From: an uncultured delta proteobacterium
GTDB lineage: Bacteria > Bdellovibrionota > FAC87 > UBA2466
Assembly (NCBI GenBank): GCA_963778115.1
Contig: CAVZSV010000004.1
Span: 1,152,001-1,216,000, forward strand
Length of the DNA: 64,000 bases
Direction: 5' to 3'
How positions within the stretch are numbered: the first letter of the stretch is position 1; every line of letters starts with the position of its first letter. Below are positions 18,533 through 28,991 of the stretch, piece by piece. Made by a program: the position numbers and the translations under genes. The notes under the pieces were generated by a model, which saw only the letters and a list, made by a program, of their open reading frames with translations, did no database searches and was not told the DNA's origin.

Positions 18533-20557
18533 ATGAGACGAGCGTTTATTACGGGAATAACCGGGCAAGACGGGTCTTACCTTGCCGAATTGCTGCTGTC
18601 CAAAGGGTATGAAGTTCACGGTCTAATTCGTCGAAGTAGCTCCTTTAACACTCAGCGCATCGAACATTTATATCAAGATAGACACGACGAAAATGTCCGT
18701 TTCAAATTACACTACGGAGATCTCTCGGACGCTTCGGTACTTACCTCACTTTTGTCAGAAATAGAGCCCCACGAAATTTATAATTTAGGTGCCCAAAGCC
18801 ACGTTCGCGTCAGCTTCGATACTCCGGAATATACGGCCGATGTCACCGGACTCGGGGTGGTACGGCTCCTAGATTCCATTCGCCGGTCGAAGGTGAACGC
18901 GCGCTTTTATCAAGCCTCGAGCTCAGAAATGTATGGTCTGGTTCGCGAGACTCCGCAAAAGGAGTTAACTCCCTTCTACCCTCGAAGTCCTTACGCTTGC
19001 GCGAAGCTTTATGGTCATTGGATCACCGTGAATTATAGAGAGGCATATGGCATCCATGCTTCCAATGGAATTCTCTTTAACCATGAATCTCCACGCCGAG
19101 GAGAGACATTTGTCACACGCAAAATCACAAGAACTCTGGCCAAAATAATCTCGGGAAAGACTAATGACCTATTTTTAGGAAATTTGGAGGCCAAAAGAGA
19201 TTGGGGTCATGCGAAGGATTATGTCGAAGCCATGTGGCTAATGCTCCAAAATGAAAGCCCAGGGGATTACGTCGTCGCCACCGGCGAAACTCACTCGGTC
19301 AAAGAATTTTTGGATGTAGCCTTTGGTCTGGTCGGCCGCGACTGGCAAAAGCATGTAAAAATCGACCCTGGCTACTTTCGTCCTTCCGAAGTCGACCTAT
19401 TGTTAGGAGACGCAAGTAAAGCGATTCGCCAGCTCGGTTGGAAACCAAAATATTCCTTTCTAGATCTTGTCCGCGAAATGGTAATCGAAGACCTGAAGTT
19501 GGAGGGGCTCAATCCGGAGAAATATTTGACCGCTGCTCCGCCTGCCAAAAGATCCGCAAAACGGCTACGTCTGGTCAACGACTCCAAACGACTAAATCCC
19601 GAAAGTATCATCTTGGTGACGGGAGGTACGGGAATGGTGGGAGGCGCCATCTCTCGTCAATTGAAAGAGCTAGGGCATCAAAACCTTTTGACCCCGACAC
19701 GCAGAGAACTCGATCTAAAAGATCAAGCTCAGGTCCATGAATACATCGCCGATCAAAAAGTGGAATACGTCATTGCGTCCGCTGGATTAGTCGGCGGAAT
19801 TGAAGCCAATGCGACTCGGCAAGCCGAATTTTTGTATGACAATTTGATAATGTCCGCCAATGTCGTTGCGGGATCCGCGAAAGCCAATGTTAAAAAGCTT
19901 CTTTATTTGGGAAGCTCTTGTATCTATCCAAAGTATTCTCCCCAGCCCATTCAAGAAGAGTTTCTTCTCTCGGGTGCTTTAGAACCTACTAACGAAGGTT
20001 ATGCCATTGCAAAAATAGCGGGGTTAAAACTTTGCGAAATGTATTTTCGGCAATATGGGAAACACTTTATGGCCGTGATGCCCACCAATCTGTACGGCAT
20101 TGGCGATAATTTTCATCCTACCCATTCTCACGTAATTCCGGGAATTATGAGACGGCTCCATGAAGCGAAAATGATAGGGTCTCCGGAGGTCGTCATTTGG
20201 GGGACGGGTAAAGTACGTCGGGAATTCTTGCATGTTCATGATCTGGCGCGAGCCTGCGTTACCGTGCTTAGAGATTTAGAAAAGCCGGAGTTAATCAATG
20301 TCGGTTGCGGAAGCGATGTGACCATCGAGGAATTAGCCACTCTCATGGCTCAGGCGGTAGGATTCGAAGGAAAAATCGTCTTTGACGCATCCAAGCCCGA
20401 AGGAACCCCCAGAAAATTGCTGGATACGAAAAAAATAACGGCTTTAGGCTGGAAACCGACCATATCGCTTAAAGATGGACTTCTTGAAACTTACCAATGG
20501 GCATTGGCCCAAGGTATTTTTGACGGCGGAAAGCAGCGAGCCTCTCTCGGGAAATGA
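18533..20557 (+). CDS. gmd: Bifunctional GDP-mannose 4,6-dehydratase / GDP-L-fucose synthase (Gmd-Fcl in-frame fusion)
   Basis: N-half [29 protein letters not shown]; linker; C-half [39 protein letters not shown]; start at ATG 18533 after GGGGG. Confidence 0.9.
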   Translation: MRRAFITGITGQDGSYLAELLLSKGYEVHGLIRRSSSFNTQRIEHLYQDRHDENVRFKLHYGDLSDASVLTSLLSEIEPHEIYNLGAQSHVRVSFDTPEYTADVTGLGVVRLLDSIRRSKVNARFYQASSSEMYGLVRETPQKELTPFYPRSPYACAKLYGHWITVNYREAYGIHASNGILFNHESPRRGETFVTRKITRTLAKIISGKTNDLFLGNLEAKRDWGHAKDYVEAMWLMLQNESPGDYVVATGETHSVKEFLDVAFGLVGRDWQKHVKIDPGYFRPSEVDLLLGDASKAIRQLGWKPKYSFLDLVREMVIEDLKLEGLNPEKYLTAAPPAKRSAKRLRLVNDSKRLNPESIILVTGGTGMVGGAISRQLKELGHQNLLTPTRRELDLKDQAQVHEYIADQKVEYVIASAGLVGGIEANATRQAEFLYDNLIMSANVVAGSAKANVKKLLYLGSSCIYPKYSPQPIQEEFLLSGALEPTNEGYAIAKIAGLKLCEMYFRQYGKHFMAVMPTNLYGIGDNFHPTHSHVIPGIMRRLHEAKMIGSPEVVIWGTGKVRREFLHVHDLARACVTVLRDLEKPELINVGCGSDVTIEELATLMAQAVGFEGKIVFDASKPEGTPRKLLDTKKITALGWKPTISLKDGLLETYQWALAQGIFDGGKQRASLGK

Positions 20558-20570
20558 CAGCCGGAAAACC

Positions 20571-21923
20571 ATGAGGAACGAAGCGATCTCTCATTCTGAG
20601 TCTTCAAAAAAAACGAGGCTACCTCATGTCGTTATTTGCAGCCTCAATTTTCACCCCGAAAAAGTAGGTATCGGAAAGTACAACTCTGAGTTGGTCGCCT
20701 GGCTGGTAAAACACGGTTACCAAATCACAGTCATTACCGCCCCCCCTTATTATCCGCAATGGAAGGTCGAAGAGAGCTATCAAGGATTTCGTTATGTAAC
20801 GGAAAACTGGAAAGGAGCTACGGTACATCGATGTCCTCTTTACGTCCCTTCAAAGCCCTCAGCGCTAAAGCGAATTTTTCATCTCCTCACTTTTGCGATC
20901 TCTTCGTTTCCCGTACTGCTTAGCGTTGTTTTCCGGCAAAGACCAACGCTCATCCTGCTGACGGAGCCACCCTTTTTTTGCATTCCTGCAGTTCTCTTCA
21001 CTGCCTGGCTCGGCCAGACCCGCTCGTGGCTCCATGTCCAGGATTTGGAAATTGACGCCTCCCTTGGACTAGGGATGATTTCCCGGTCTTGGATTACCGA
21101 CGCTCTTCATCGAGTGGAGGGTTTTCTGTATCGCCGTTTTGATCGAGTCAGTACCATCTCAAAGAAAATGCTCACCGCTATTGTTAACAAAGGCGTAGAT
21201 CCCAAAGCAGCTCGACTTTTCCCCAACTGGATCGATCTCAAAGCGTATGAGCTAACCCTGGGCAAAACTCCAAATTTGGAGCTATTCAACATAGATAAAT
21301 CGGCAACTGTGGTTCTCTTTTCGGGCACTATAGGATTAAAGCAAGGAGTTGACGTTTTGGTATCTGCGGCTCGTCTGCTGAAAGACGAAAAACAAATCCA
21401 ATTTATTATCTGCGGTGAAGGCCCTCTCAGAAAAGAGTTGCAGGCGGGTGCTTGCGATATGAAAAATCTTCATTGGCTAGACTTTCAAAGCCAGGATAAC
21501 TTTAAATACCTCCTTGCTAGAGCGAAGATTCAAGTCCTGACACAACTACCTGGAGCCAGTGATCGAGTTCTCCCTTCGAAACTCTTGGGAATGATGGCGA
21601 GTGGGGCCGCGGTTATTGCTACGACCGAGCCCGAATCCGAAATCGCTGAGATTTTGAAAGAGACCGGACTTATCGTGAGGCCTAATGATCCCCAAGCGCT
21701 CGCGGAAACCATCAAACAACTTGTCGGCCAGCAAAAACAAATTACCGCACTCGGTCAAAGCGCCAAAGGCTTCGCCACGGCGAATTGGGATTTAGAAAGC
21801 GTTCTTGGCGCATTCGACCAAGAGGTTCGCAAATTGTGCGGCCTTCCGCCTTCCCGAGAAGAGTCCGACGGAGCTAACGTTGCGCTTCCGGCAACGACGA
21901 AGCGCGTTACTTTTGGCAAGTAG
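20571..21923 (+). CDS. wcaI: WcaI-like glycosyltransferase family 4
   Basis: NFHPEKVGIGKY, PPYYPQW, RCPLYVP, WLHVQDLE, FSGTIGLKQG, LPSKL; ATG 20571 follows gmd-fcl. Confidence 0.85.
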   Translation: MRNEAISHSESSKKTRLPHVVICSLNFHPEKVGIGKYNSELVAWLVKHGYQITVITAPPYYPQWKVEESYQGFRYVTENWKGATVHRCPLYVPSKPSALKRIFHLLTFAISSFPVLLSVVFRQRPTLILLTEPPFFCIPAVLFTAWLGQTRSWLHVQDLEIDASLGLGMISRSWITDALHRVEGFLYRRFDRVSTISKKMLTAIVNKGVDPKAARLFPNWIDLKAYELTLGKTPNLELFNIDKSATVVLFSGTIGLKQGVDVLVSAARLLKDEKQIQFIICGEGPLRKELQAGACDMKNLHWLDFQSQDNFKYLLARAKIQVLTQLPGASDRVLPSKLLGMMASGAAVIATTEPESEIAEILKETGLIVRPNDPQALAETIKQLVGQQKQITALGQSAKGFATANWDLESVLGAFDQEVRKLCGLPPSREESDGANVALPATTKRVTFGK

Positions 21924-21956
21924 GCGCTTCAGAGCAATTCCGAAAGGCCAATATAC

Positions 21957-21984
21957 TCAAGAATTTCCGTAAGATTACCGAAAA
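21957..21984 (+). promoter_or_regulatory. sigma28/FliA-like promoter
   Basis: TCAAG-N15-ACCGAAAA upstream of the TolC gene. Confidence 0.55.
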
Positions 21985-22026
21985 GAGAAGCAGCCGATAT
22001 TACTTAGAGCGAGCGGAAATTCCTCG

Positions 22027-23448
22027 ATGCATTCATTGCCAACATTCTTCTTTAAATCGTTGCTCCTAGTCTTTGCACTTAGTCTCTCGTGCCAGAGTAG
22101 AGCCCAATCCCTCTCCGATCTAAGACCTGCCAAGAGAAAAACGAGTTCCCATCACCATACGAATAGAAAGCCTTCTGACTTTGAGACCGCCGAACCCAAT
22201 GCGCCAGAACTTCTGAGTTTCGAAAAGGCGATCGAAAAGATCGTCGACCGAGATCCCCTGGTTGAAAAGGCACGCGAAGCTTGGAAAGCAACCGCGGCCA
22301 AAAACGTTCCGGAGCATCTAATTCTCTATCCCACCCTGCAACTGGGAGCCGGAACCTTCTTACAAAGATCTACGGACCAGACCAATACCGATACTTTTCG
22401 TGAGATCTTTGCTTCTTCCACGTTTAACATCTATCACTTCGGTGCCGACGTAGCGACGATGAAAGCAGCTACCGCTCAGGAGCTTTCTCTCGAAAAGCGG
22501 CTCGAATTTAGCATTCTAACTTCGGAGGATACCGCACTTGGTCTTGTCGTACAGGTCATCACCAATTCGATGGAGCTAGCAGCCGGAAAGATGATATTAG
22601 ATCGATTTGATGACAGCTACCAGCTTCTTCAAAGTCGATTTCATACCGGATTAGCTAGCGAAGAAGAGTTGGGGCGAATTGAAGTGGATTTGGGCCATCT
22701 ACACGATATCTACTATCAAACTCAGAAGAATCTTATCCAATCAAAAGCAGGTCTTCGTGCGGCATTGGGATCCGATCAGATTGAAATCAAATGGCCATGG
22801 AAGGAAAGAATCCGCAGAGCCACGTTCGCCGATGAAGATCTAGAGCGCAAAGTCCTGCGCCTTCGCCCCGACTGGCAAGCCGCGGAAAGAAACCTGGCCT
22901 CTTTCGATTACCAAGTGAAAGCAAGCTACGGCCTGATCTATCCTTCGTTAGACGTCAATGTATCCGGAGGTTATGCTTCGATCATTGATCAAGGGGTCAA
23001 CCAGCCTTACTATTCCGTGGGCGTTTTCCTGACTATTCCCCTCTTCGACAGACTAGCAAATATCTCTAATTACCAATCTCTCGTTCACCAACGCACGTCC
23101 GCGCAAATGGATCTGGAGATCGCAAAGAGAAATGCACAAGCGCAATGGCAGGAAGTAAGAGATGTCTTCGCCGCCTCCGTAAAAAACGCGTTGGATCGGG
23201 ATGTCTTATTGGTAAAAGCGCGATCTCTTAGTGAGGACATCGGCGATCGAATCACAAATGGAAATGCCCTTGCCGATGTTCTTATTCTCGATCAAAGGCG
23301 AGTCTACGATGCCGCTTTAGATTCCATCCACGGATGGAGAGACGCTCACCAGTTCTACGGTAACGCCTGCCATGCTTTGGGCTATCGGATTAGCAATTGC
23401 TCCACCGTTTCTGGTGACAAATTTGTCATCCGAAACACCGATCGGTAA
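22027..23448 (+). CDS. TolC family outer membrane efflux protein
   Basis: Signal peptide; two OEP-like repeats (YPTLQL..FNIYHFG; RPDWQAA..YPSLDV..TIPLFD) with long helical segments. Confidence 0.75.
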   Translation: MHSLPTFFFKSLLLVFALSLSCQSRAQSLSDLRPAKRKTSSHHHTNRKPSDFETAEPNAPELLSFEKAIEKIVDRDPLVEKAREAWKATAAKNVPEHLILYPTLQLGAGTFLQRSTDQTNTDTFREIFASSTFNIYHFGADVATMKAATAQELSLEKRLEFSILTSEDTALGLVVQVITNSMELAAGKMILDRFDDSYQLLQSRFHTGLASEEELGRIEVDLGHLHDIYYQTQKNLIQSKAGLRAALGSDQIEIKWPWKERIRRATFADEDLERKVLRLRPDWQAAERNLASFDYQVKASYGLIYPSLDVNVSGGYASIIDQGVNQPYYSVGVFLTIPLFDRLANISNYQSLVHQRTSAQMDLEIAKRNAQAQWQEVRDVFAASVKNALDRDVLLVKARSLSEDIGDRITNGNALADVLILDQRRVYDAALDSIHGWRDAHQFYGNACHALGYRISNCSTVSGDKFVIRNTDR

Positions 23449-23451
23449 CGC

Positions 23452-25692
23452 TTACCTTTTACTTACGGAAAGTAGCTTAGGAGCTGTCGATAGATGAATG
23501 GTCCCGCCACCGCGGAATACTGCATCTACATACTCCTCGCGACGGCTATATCCGTTCATGACGGCAAAAACGGGAGTTTGGGTCGTTCTACGAAGGCGAT
23601 GGAAGGCTTTTAACAAAGCATGAGAACCTGTAAACCGCTGGCGCGCCACTAGTAACACCACATCACTTAGGCGCGCTAATATGATGGCATCCCCCGCGGT
23701 AAGCACCCCATCAGTGTCGAAAATAATGTGGTCATAGGTGCTTCTAAGTTTTGCCATGAGTTCTCCGAATTTCTCTCCCTCTTCAAGCATGGTAGCATCC
23801 GGAAATACCTTTCGAGCGATGAGGTAGTGAAACCCTGGCAACTTGTTATGCTCCAGCATGTTCTTAGTGCCTTCGAAAAAATCTTGTTCCCCATGGAATC
23901 GAAAGGAACGATTGGAGCCGGTTAGATTCGGCGTACGGAGATTAAAGTCTATAAGAAGCACTTTCTCTCCTTCCCGCGCCAACGTCTCTGACAAATGATA
24001 AGCCACCAAGGACTTCCCCTCTTTATTCTCCGCACTTGTGATCGCTATGACTTGAGCCGGAGGAGAGGTCTTTGAGAGAGATTGGACTCTTTTCCCCATT
24101 TTCCTAAAGGCTCTGCTCTGGAGGGATCGCCGTTCGATATTTGCTACTTTGAAATGAAATGGATTATATAGTCGCCATGGGCTCGCCCCTTCGCTTCGGA
24201 AACGGGGGACTCCCCCGAAGAGAGCTAGTCCTAATTCTTCGATCTCCGTGGAATTTCTAACTGACCCGTCTAATTCCTCCAAAAGAAGCATCAGCCCTGA
24301 TCCTACAATGGCCCCCACAATCAGACACAACAACAGAGTCCCTATCAAACTAAGCTTGGGTTTGATCATCGCTTTTTTTGCGTCCTCAAGGACACGAATC
24401 TTATTTTTTCTAGATAGCTGCGTTACCTCAAGTTCCATGTTCTTCATCTTCAACTCTTCAAAGACTCGAAGTTCCAGCTCGGTATTTCTCTTGGCTTCAT
24501 CGACACTTTCGGCCACCATTCCTGCGGAATTTAAAGATTGCGTGGATTCAGATATTCCCTGTTGAGTCTTATTCAATCGTAAATTCAGTTCCTCACTCTC
24601 ACGAAGAATGCCCGCGATTCGAGTTCTGATGAGAGGCTTGGCACTCGCTGCAACTGGCGTCAAACTTCTTACTAGGGAACGTATCTTCGACTCGACTTCC
24701 TGCCTTTGCCTCGACGTTTGGTCCAAACCCTCCACTTCGAGACGTGCGTCGTCTTCAAATTGCGAACTCAAGTCTTCGATCGAATTGTATAGTTTTTCCT
24801 GATTCACGGAAGCAGTATCTGAAGCAGACCTCCAAGACGAAATTAAGTTTTCCCATTCGCGGACCATTCTTCGATTTATCTCCAATTTTGTTTTTACTTG
24901 GCCCTTATTCTCTTCCAGAGTGACAAACCTCCTTCCCGCAGTATTTTTGGTCACTTCCGCGAAGACCATCTCTCTTTCGCGTTTGGTACCGACGACAAGC
25001 TTTCTCATTCTCTGCGAAAGTTCTTCTATCTGTCCATTTACAAAAGTGTTTGCGCTCTGAATAATTTCCAGATCTTGTTCCATCAATAATTTAACGGCCA
25101 GCGACGCCATCAAATTCGTCAAATTCACGCATAAATCCGGATTCGAATGCTTTACCGTAAGAATGATATAATTCTGCCCGATAACCCTCTTAAACTTGGC
25201 AATGGTACCTATGAAATTGCTAATCTTTTCTTTCTTCGACTCTTCTGAGTTTAGGTCTTCGGGGACGTCAAGAAACTTAGAACGAAGCACGGATAAAATA
25301 GAATCGTTGCGAGAGGTGATGTGAGAAACCATAGGGGCGAACGATTTTTCACCGATAATTTTCTCGGCTACTTTGTACTGAAAGGCATGTGACTGCAGAA
25401 AGGCAAGGTCATTATCCACGGCATCGGTTCTGCCCGCCAATGCGCCCAAGCTGGAAGCACCTGCCAATGCCCCTAACGGGCTAGAAGAGGGATCTTCCTC
25501 GCCGATGGTCACTTCGATGGAATAGTTCGCGCGAGTCAGGTTATAAAATATCCCCGCGGAGACGAAAAAAATAATGACTGCGAGAAGAACGGGCCAACGA
25601 TGAACCAAAATAACTTTCGCTTCCGAAAAAGCATGAATCTCTCCGCTTGCGATCTGCGTTAGGAGGCTTTGTTTTCTCGTATTAAGTTCCAA
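23452..25692 (-). CDS. wzc: Polysaccharide copolymerase / BY-kinase (Wzc-like)
   Basis: Two TM segments flanking a coiled coil; ITSAENKEGKS Walker A, LLIDFNLRTP, IIFDT; start proposed at TTG 25692 after AAGGGG because the GTG at 25716 abuts a promoter motif. Confidence 0.8.
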   Translation of the reverse strand: MELNTRKQSLLTQIASGEIHAFSEAKVILVHRWPVLLAVIIFFVSAGIFYNLTRANYSIEVTIGEEDPSSSPLGALAGASSLGALAGRTDAVDNDLAFLQSHAFQYKVAEKIIGEKSFAPMVSHITSRNDSILSVLRSKFLDVPEDLNSEESKKEKISNFIGTIAKFKRVIGQNYIILTVKHSNPDLCVNLTNLMASLAVKLLMEQDLEIIQSANTFVNGQIEELSQRMRKLVVGTKREREMVFAEVTKNTAGRRFVTLEENKGQVKTKLEINRRMVREWENLISSWRSASDTASVNQEKLYNSIEDLSSQFEDDARLEVEGLDQTSRQRQEVESKIRSLVRSLTPVAASAKPLIRTRIAGILRESEELNLRLNKTQQGISESTQSLNSAGMVAESVDEAKRNTELELRVFEELKMKNMELEVTQLSRKNKIRVLEDAKKAMIKPKLSLIGTLLLCLIVGAIVGSGLMLLLEELDGSVRNSTEIEELGLALFGGVPRFRSEGASPWRLYNPFHFKVANIERRSLQSRAFRKMGKRVQSLSKTSPPAQVIAITSAENKEGKSLVAYHLSETLAREGEKVLLIDFNLRTPNLTGSNRSFRFHGEQDFFEGTKNMLEHNKLPGFHYLIARKVFPDATMLEEGEKFGELMAKLRSTYDHIIFDTDGVLTAGDAIILARLSDVVLLVARQRFTGSHALLKAFHRLRRTTQTPVFAVMNGYSRREEYVDAVFRGGGTIHLSTAPKLLSVSKR

Positions 25693-25716
25693 ACTTAGTT
25701 TCCCCTTCAGGATCAC

Positions 25717-25744
25717 TTTTCGGAATTTATACGGTGCCTCCTTA
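25717..25744 (-). promoter_or_regulatory. sigma28/FliA-like promoter for wzc
   Basis: TAAGG-N15-TCCGAAAA on the minus strand. Confidence 0.5.
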
Positions 25745-25897
25745 ACACTACGTGCAACCTTAGATTTTTTTTCTAAGGTCTTGGCGCATAATCCCGAAAA
25801 GAGTAAAGGGGGACTCTACGTTTTTCTGAATTTCTAAGGTGAACCTAAGGGCTATCTTTCAAGCCTGGCTTAGCTGTCTTTGAGGTTAATTCACCGC

Positions 25898-25925
25898 TTC
25901 AGTCAGCCTTCGAAATTGACGATAA
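25898..25925 (+). promoter_or_regulatory. sigma28/FliA-like promoter (a second copy CTAAG-N15-CCCGAAAA lies at 25773-25800)
   Basis: TTCAG-N15-GACGATAA. Confidence 0.45.
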
Positions 25926-25974
25926 GTAGGAGACCTTCTAACCCCCTTCGACGGGATTTCATCCCCCGTAACCG

Positions 25975-27458
25975 GTGAAGAACATGCAGCGTTTGCTCTT
26001 TCCCGAAGTTCCCCCTCGAATCCTTATCGCACTTTCTTCTGCTCTTTTCGTAGGACAGCTTCTAACAGGGACAGATGCGTTATTTGCGTTTACTCTTACA
26101 CTTGGAGGAGCGCTTACCCTTATCTCGTTCAACGTACTAGGGGGGATGGCTACGACAAGCGGCATCTGTGTCGCTTCTCTCGCATTTCGACTTATATTTC
26201 TTCCCATCATCGCGAAAATACTCCTGTGGCAGCCGAGTGATTCCATCCTAGGTTCCTCACCCATCGACACCGCCCTTGTTGTTCTCGCGGCTTCTTCGGT
26301 CCTGCTTCTGGCAAGCTACGTTCCCCGTTACTTCAAACCCCGCTTTGAAGTTCTCCTCCACTGACCGATCCCACCGAACTTTGGTTCGGATCAATATTCT
26401 GCACGTGTTTGGGTTTTTCATTTAAATTGATTCGCCACCTCAATCGCCAGGGAGCGATCGCTCAGGTACTGACTGGTTTAGCCCCTTATCTGGATAGCAG
26501 TCTTTTATTCGGAATTGCCGGCGGTACCGCTTACCTGATCCTGACGTCGAACGGAAAGCGGAGCCTGGGTTGGATTAACCTGTTCGCGCTATTTTTGGGA
26601 TTTGTAGAGGGCATGATCGACAACACCAAAACGACGCTCTTCCAACCCTACGTGACCTATTTTCTAACGTGCCTGTGCTTCCGGTTTCAATTTAGAAAAG
26701 TCCACTACGTTTCCAGTATTTTGGTAACCCTCTTCGCCATTTTTGTCGTGGCCCCTTACGCCAACTATTCAAGAACTTTTATCACTGCCAAAGACTTGCG
26801 GGGAAAGATAGAACAGTTTCAGTTATTCGCGGAAAAAAATCTTTCAAGCCCCGAGTTGGCGTTTTCTCTCTTTAAAAAGAAAAGCCTCATGGATACGGGA
26901 GCTTCGATTCAGAAACTCTACTTTGGAAGACCCATGGGGCTACTTGATAGGGTTTGCTTATTAAATGCCAGTGATCGTCTCATCGAAGTGGTAAATACGC
27001 GAGGGCCTGCGGGCTTCGACGTATTCACCAAATCGTTCACCTTATTGCCCCATCTAATCGGAGGGGGAGGTGCAACGATCAACAAAAAGAACGTCCTTGG
27101 GCATACCGCCGAAATGATCGCTCCCAAAGATGTCGAGACAGGGATCGACTTTAGTATTCTGATTGAACCCTTTGGAGAGGGATCTTGGTTAGGATTACTT
27201 TTAATCCTTTTCCCGGTCCTCGTTATCTTTTTTACCGTCGATAGAAGCGGAATTGGAACAGTTCGCGGAAACATCTGGGCGATCGGCTTCGCCGTGGTCA
27301 GCCAGCATCTTTTTGGAGACGAAGGGCCCGGAGATGTCTTGGCATTGCTTATTCGATGGCTCCCAGCGGTTATCGTCTTACGCTTATTGATTCTAAGAGT
27401 GATTGTTCCCTTTTTTAGCCAACGACTTCGGTTTATGCAAACCCGAACGGAGCCATGA
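25975..27458 (+). pseudogene. Frameshifted polytopic membrane protein, probable Wzy-type polysaccharide polymerase (split into ORFs 25975-26364 and 26409-27458)
   Basis: Downstream frame is open from 26349 and overlaps the end of the first ORF; inserting 1 nt near GTTCTCCTCCA (26350-26360) joins them into about 494 aa with many TM segments; lies in a Wzx/Wzc locus. Confidence 0.6.
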
Positions 27459-28945
27459 AAGACAAAATTACTTTCGGTCTTGTCGCTATTTTTTTTCTTT
27501 TTCTCTCAGACATAAGCGTGGCTGAACCGCTTGTACTTGCCCATTATATGCCCCAGATTTCAGCCGGCGTCTCAGACTCCTTTGCTCCTCTTTCTCCGTT
27601 GCCCTCGCTTCCGGGCGGACAGTTAGCCCTTCTTCCTTCCGAATGGCTTAACGATCTGGGTTCTCCCGAACAAGCGACAAAGCGGGATATCATGACGGCG
27701 CAGGCCGCAGGGATCGATGGCTTCCAGGTTCTGGTAGGCCCCTTGCATTTCCCGGTGAGTCAATACCGTCCAGTAACCGAATCGCTATTTAAGAATGTTC
27801 AAAAACTTGGATCAAAAAAGCCCTTTAAGCTCGGACTCGAATTTTGGGATGACATGAGCGATCCTCAAAATATTTCTAAGCTAGGCAAGGCCATCACTCT
27901 GCTTGAAAGATACGAAAGCGCATGGCTAAAAATGGATAACCGGAAAGTGCTTTCAATCATGATTACCGGGGCCCCCGGCTCCAAAGTGCTCGCGTTCGAT
28001 GAAGTGATGAAGTTGCTCCTTGGAGATCGCCGCCATCAGTTTTACGTCGTACTCTACAATCCATGTACCTTAATAAAGAACAGGCCCGATTGGTATCGAG
28101 GGGCGGATGCCTTTTCCCTCTGGATAAACTCCGACTTAGCAAGAACTCTTGTCGAAAAAAAGGCGGCTGAAAAATGTGCGCTCGATTCAGGAAAGCAGTT
28201 CTGGGCTCCGATTATGCCTGCTTTTAGCCAATCCCGACCGGGAGTGAAACCCAATGTCCGAGAGAAACTGGGAATGACCAACTTCGTCCTGGACTGGAAA
28301 GAGGCGATTCAATCCCATTCTCCGGTTGCCTACGAGGAAACCTGGAATGACCTTACCGAAGACTCTTCGGTCATGCCCGAGTCAAATCATGGCTTTGCTT
28401 ATTTCGATCTCAACCGTTGGTACTCCTATCTTTTTCATACAGGACACGAGTCCCCCGCCTCGGAAGAGGCGCTCTATGTTTTTCACCATCCGAATGTAGT
28501 GAAAAACTTACAGCTGCCCCCAGGAAGGGAACCGGTACCCCCGCTTAATGGGTACGCCGCAACTCCAACCACTGATTACATTGGTGTCGTGGGTCGATTT
28601 CATAAAGAAGCGGAAGTCACCGTGGAGTATTTTAACGGATCGCAGCAGATAAAGTTCACCCAGCATTTTAAACCGGGAATGACCCCTTGGCTCATTTACT
28701 ATCCAGATCCTAGCCGCCTTAATAGCTTCTATCCCAAAGAGGCCGATGGATTTGTGCTGACCAAATTGGACTCTCCTTTGACCGACACCGAAGTCTATTT
28801 GTCCGTCTTCCGAAGTAAGAGCCGGATAGCCTTTTTTCGATCCCATCGCCCCATTCTCGGTGCTGCGGGGCGAGGGGACATGAGTACGATAGGCGATAGT
28901 TTTTTTATAACCGAGAAAGCATCTGCCCCTAAGTCGAAGCGCTAA
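27455..28945 (+). CDS. Periplasmic glycoside hydrolase, GH71/GH99-like
   Basis: Signal peptide; VLAHYMP, DIMTAQAAGIDGFQV, TWNDLTEDS. Confidence 0.7.
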   Translation: MKDKITFGLVAIFFLFLSDISVAEPLVLAHYMPQISAGVSDSFAPLSPLPSLPGGQLALLPSEWLNDLGSPEQATKRDIMTAQAAGIDGFQVLVGPLHFPVSQYRPVTESLFKNVQKLGSKKPFKLGLEFWDDMSDPQNISKLGKAITLLERYESAWLKMDNRKVLSIMITGAPGSKVLAFDEVMKLLLGDRRHQFYVVLYNPCTLIKNRPDWYRGADAFSLWINSDLARTLVEKKAAEKCALDSGKQFWAPIMPAFSQSRPGVKPNVREKLGMTNFVLDWKEAIQSHSPVAYEETWNDLTEDSSVMPESNHGFAYFDLNRWYSYLFHTGHESPASEEALYVFHHPNVVKNLQLPPGREPVPPLNGYAATPTTDYIGVVGRFHKEAEVTVEYFNGSQQIKFTQHFKPGMTPWLIYYPDPSRLNSFYPKEADGFVLTKLDSPLTDTEVYLSVFRSKSRIAFFRSHRPILGAAGRGDMSTIGDSFFITEKASAPKSKR

Positions 28946-28957
28946 CCCTTGGACAAC

Positions 28958-28985
28958 TCAAGTTTTATTCAATTTATACCGATCT
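28958..28985 (+). promoter_or_regulatory. sigma28/FliA-like promoter, likely producing a leaderless mRNA
   Basis: TCAAG-N15-ACCGATCT ending 6 nt before ATG 28992; no SD sequence. Confidence 0.55.
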
Positions 28986-28991
28986 TATGCC

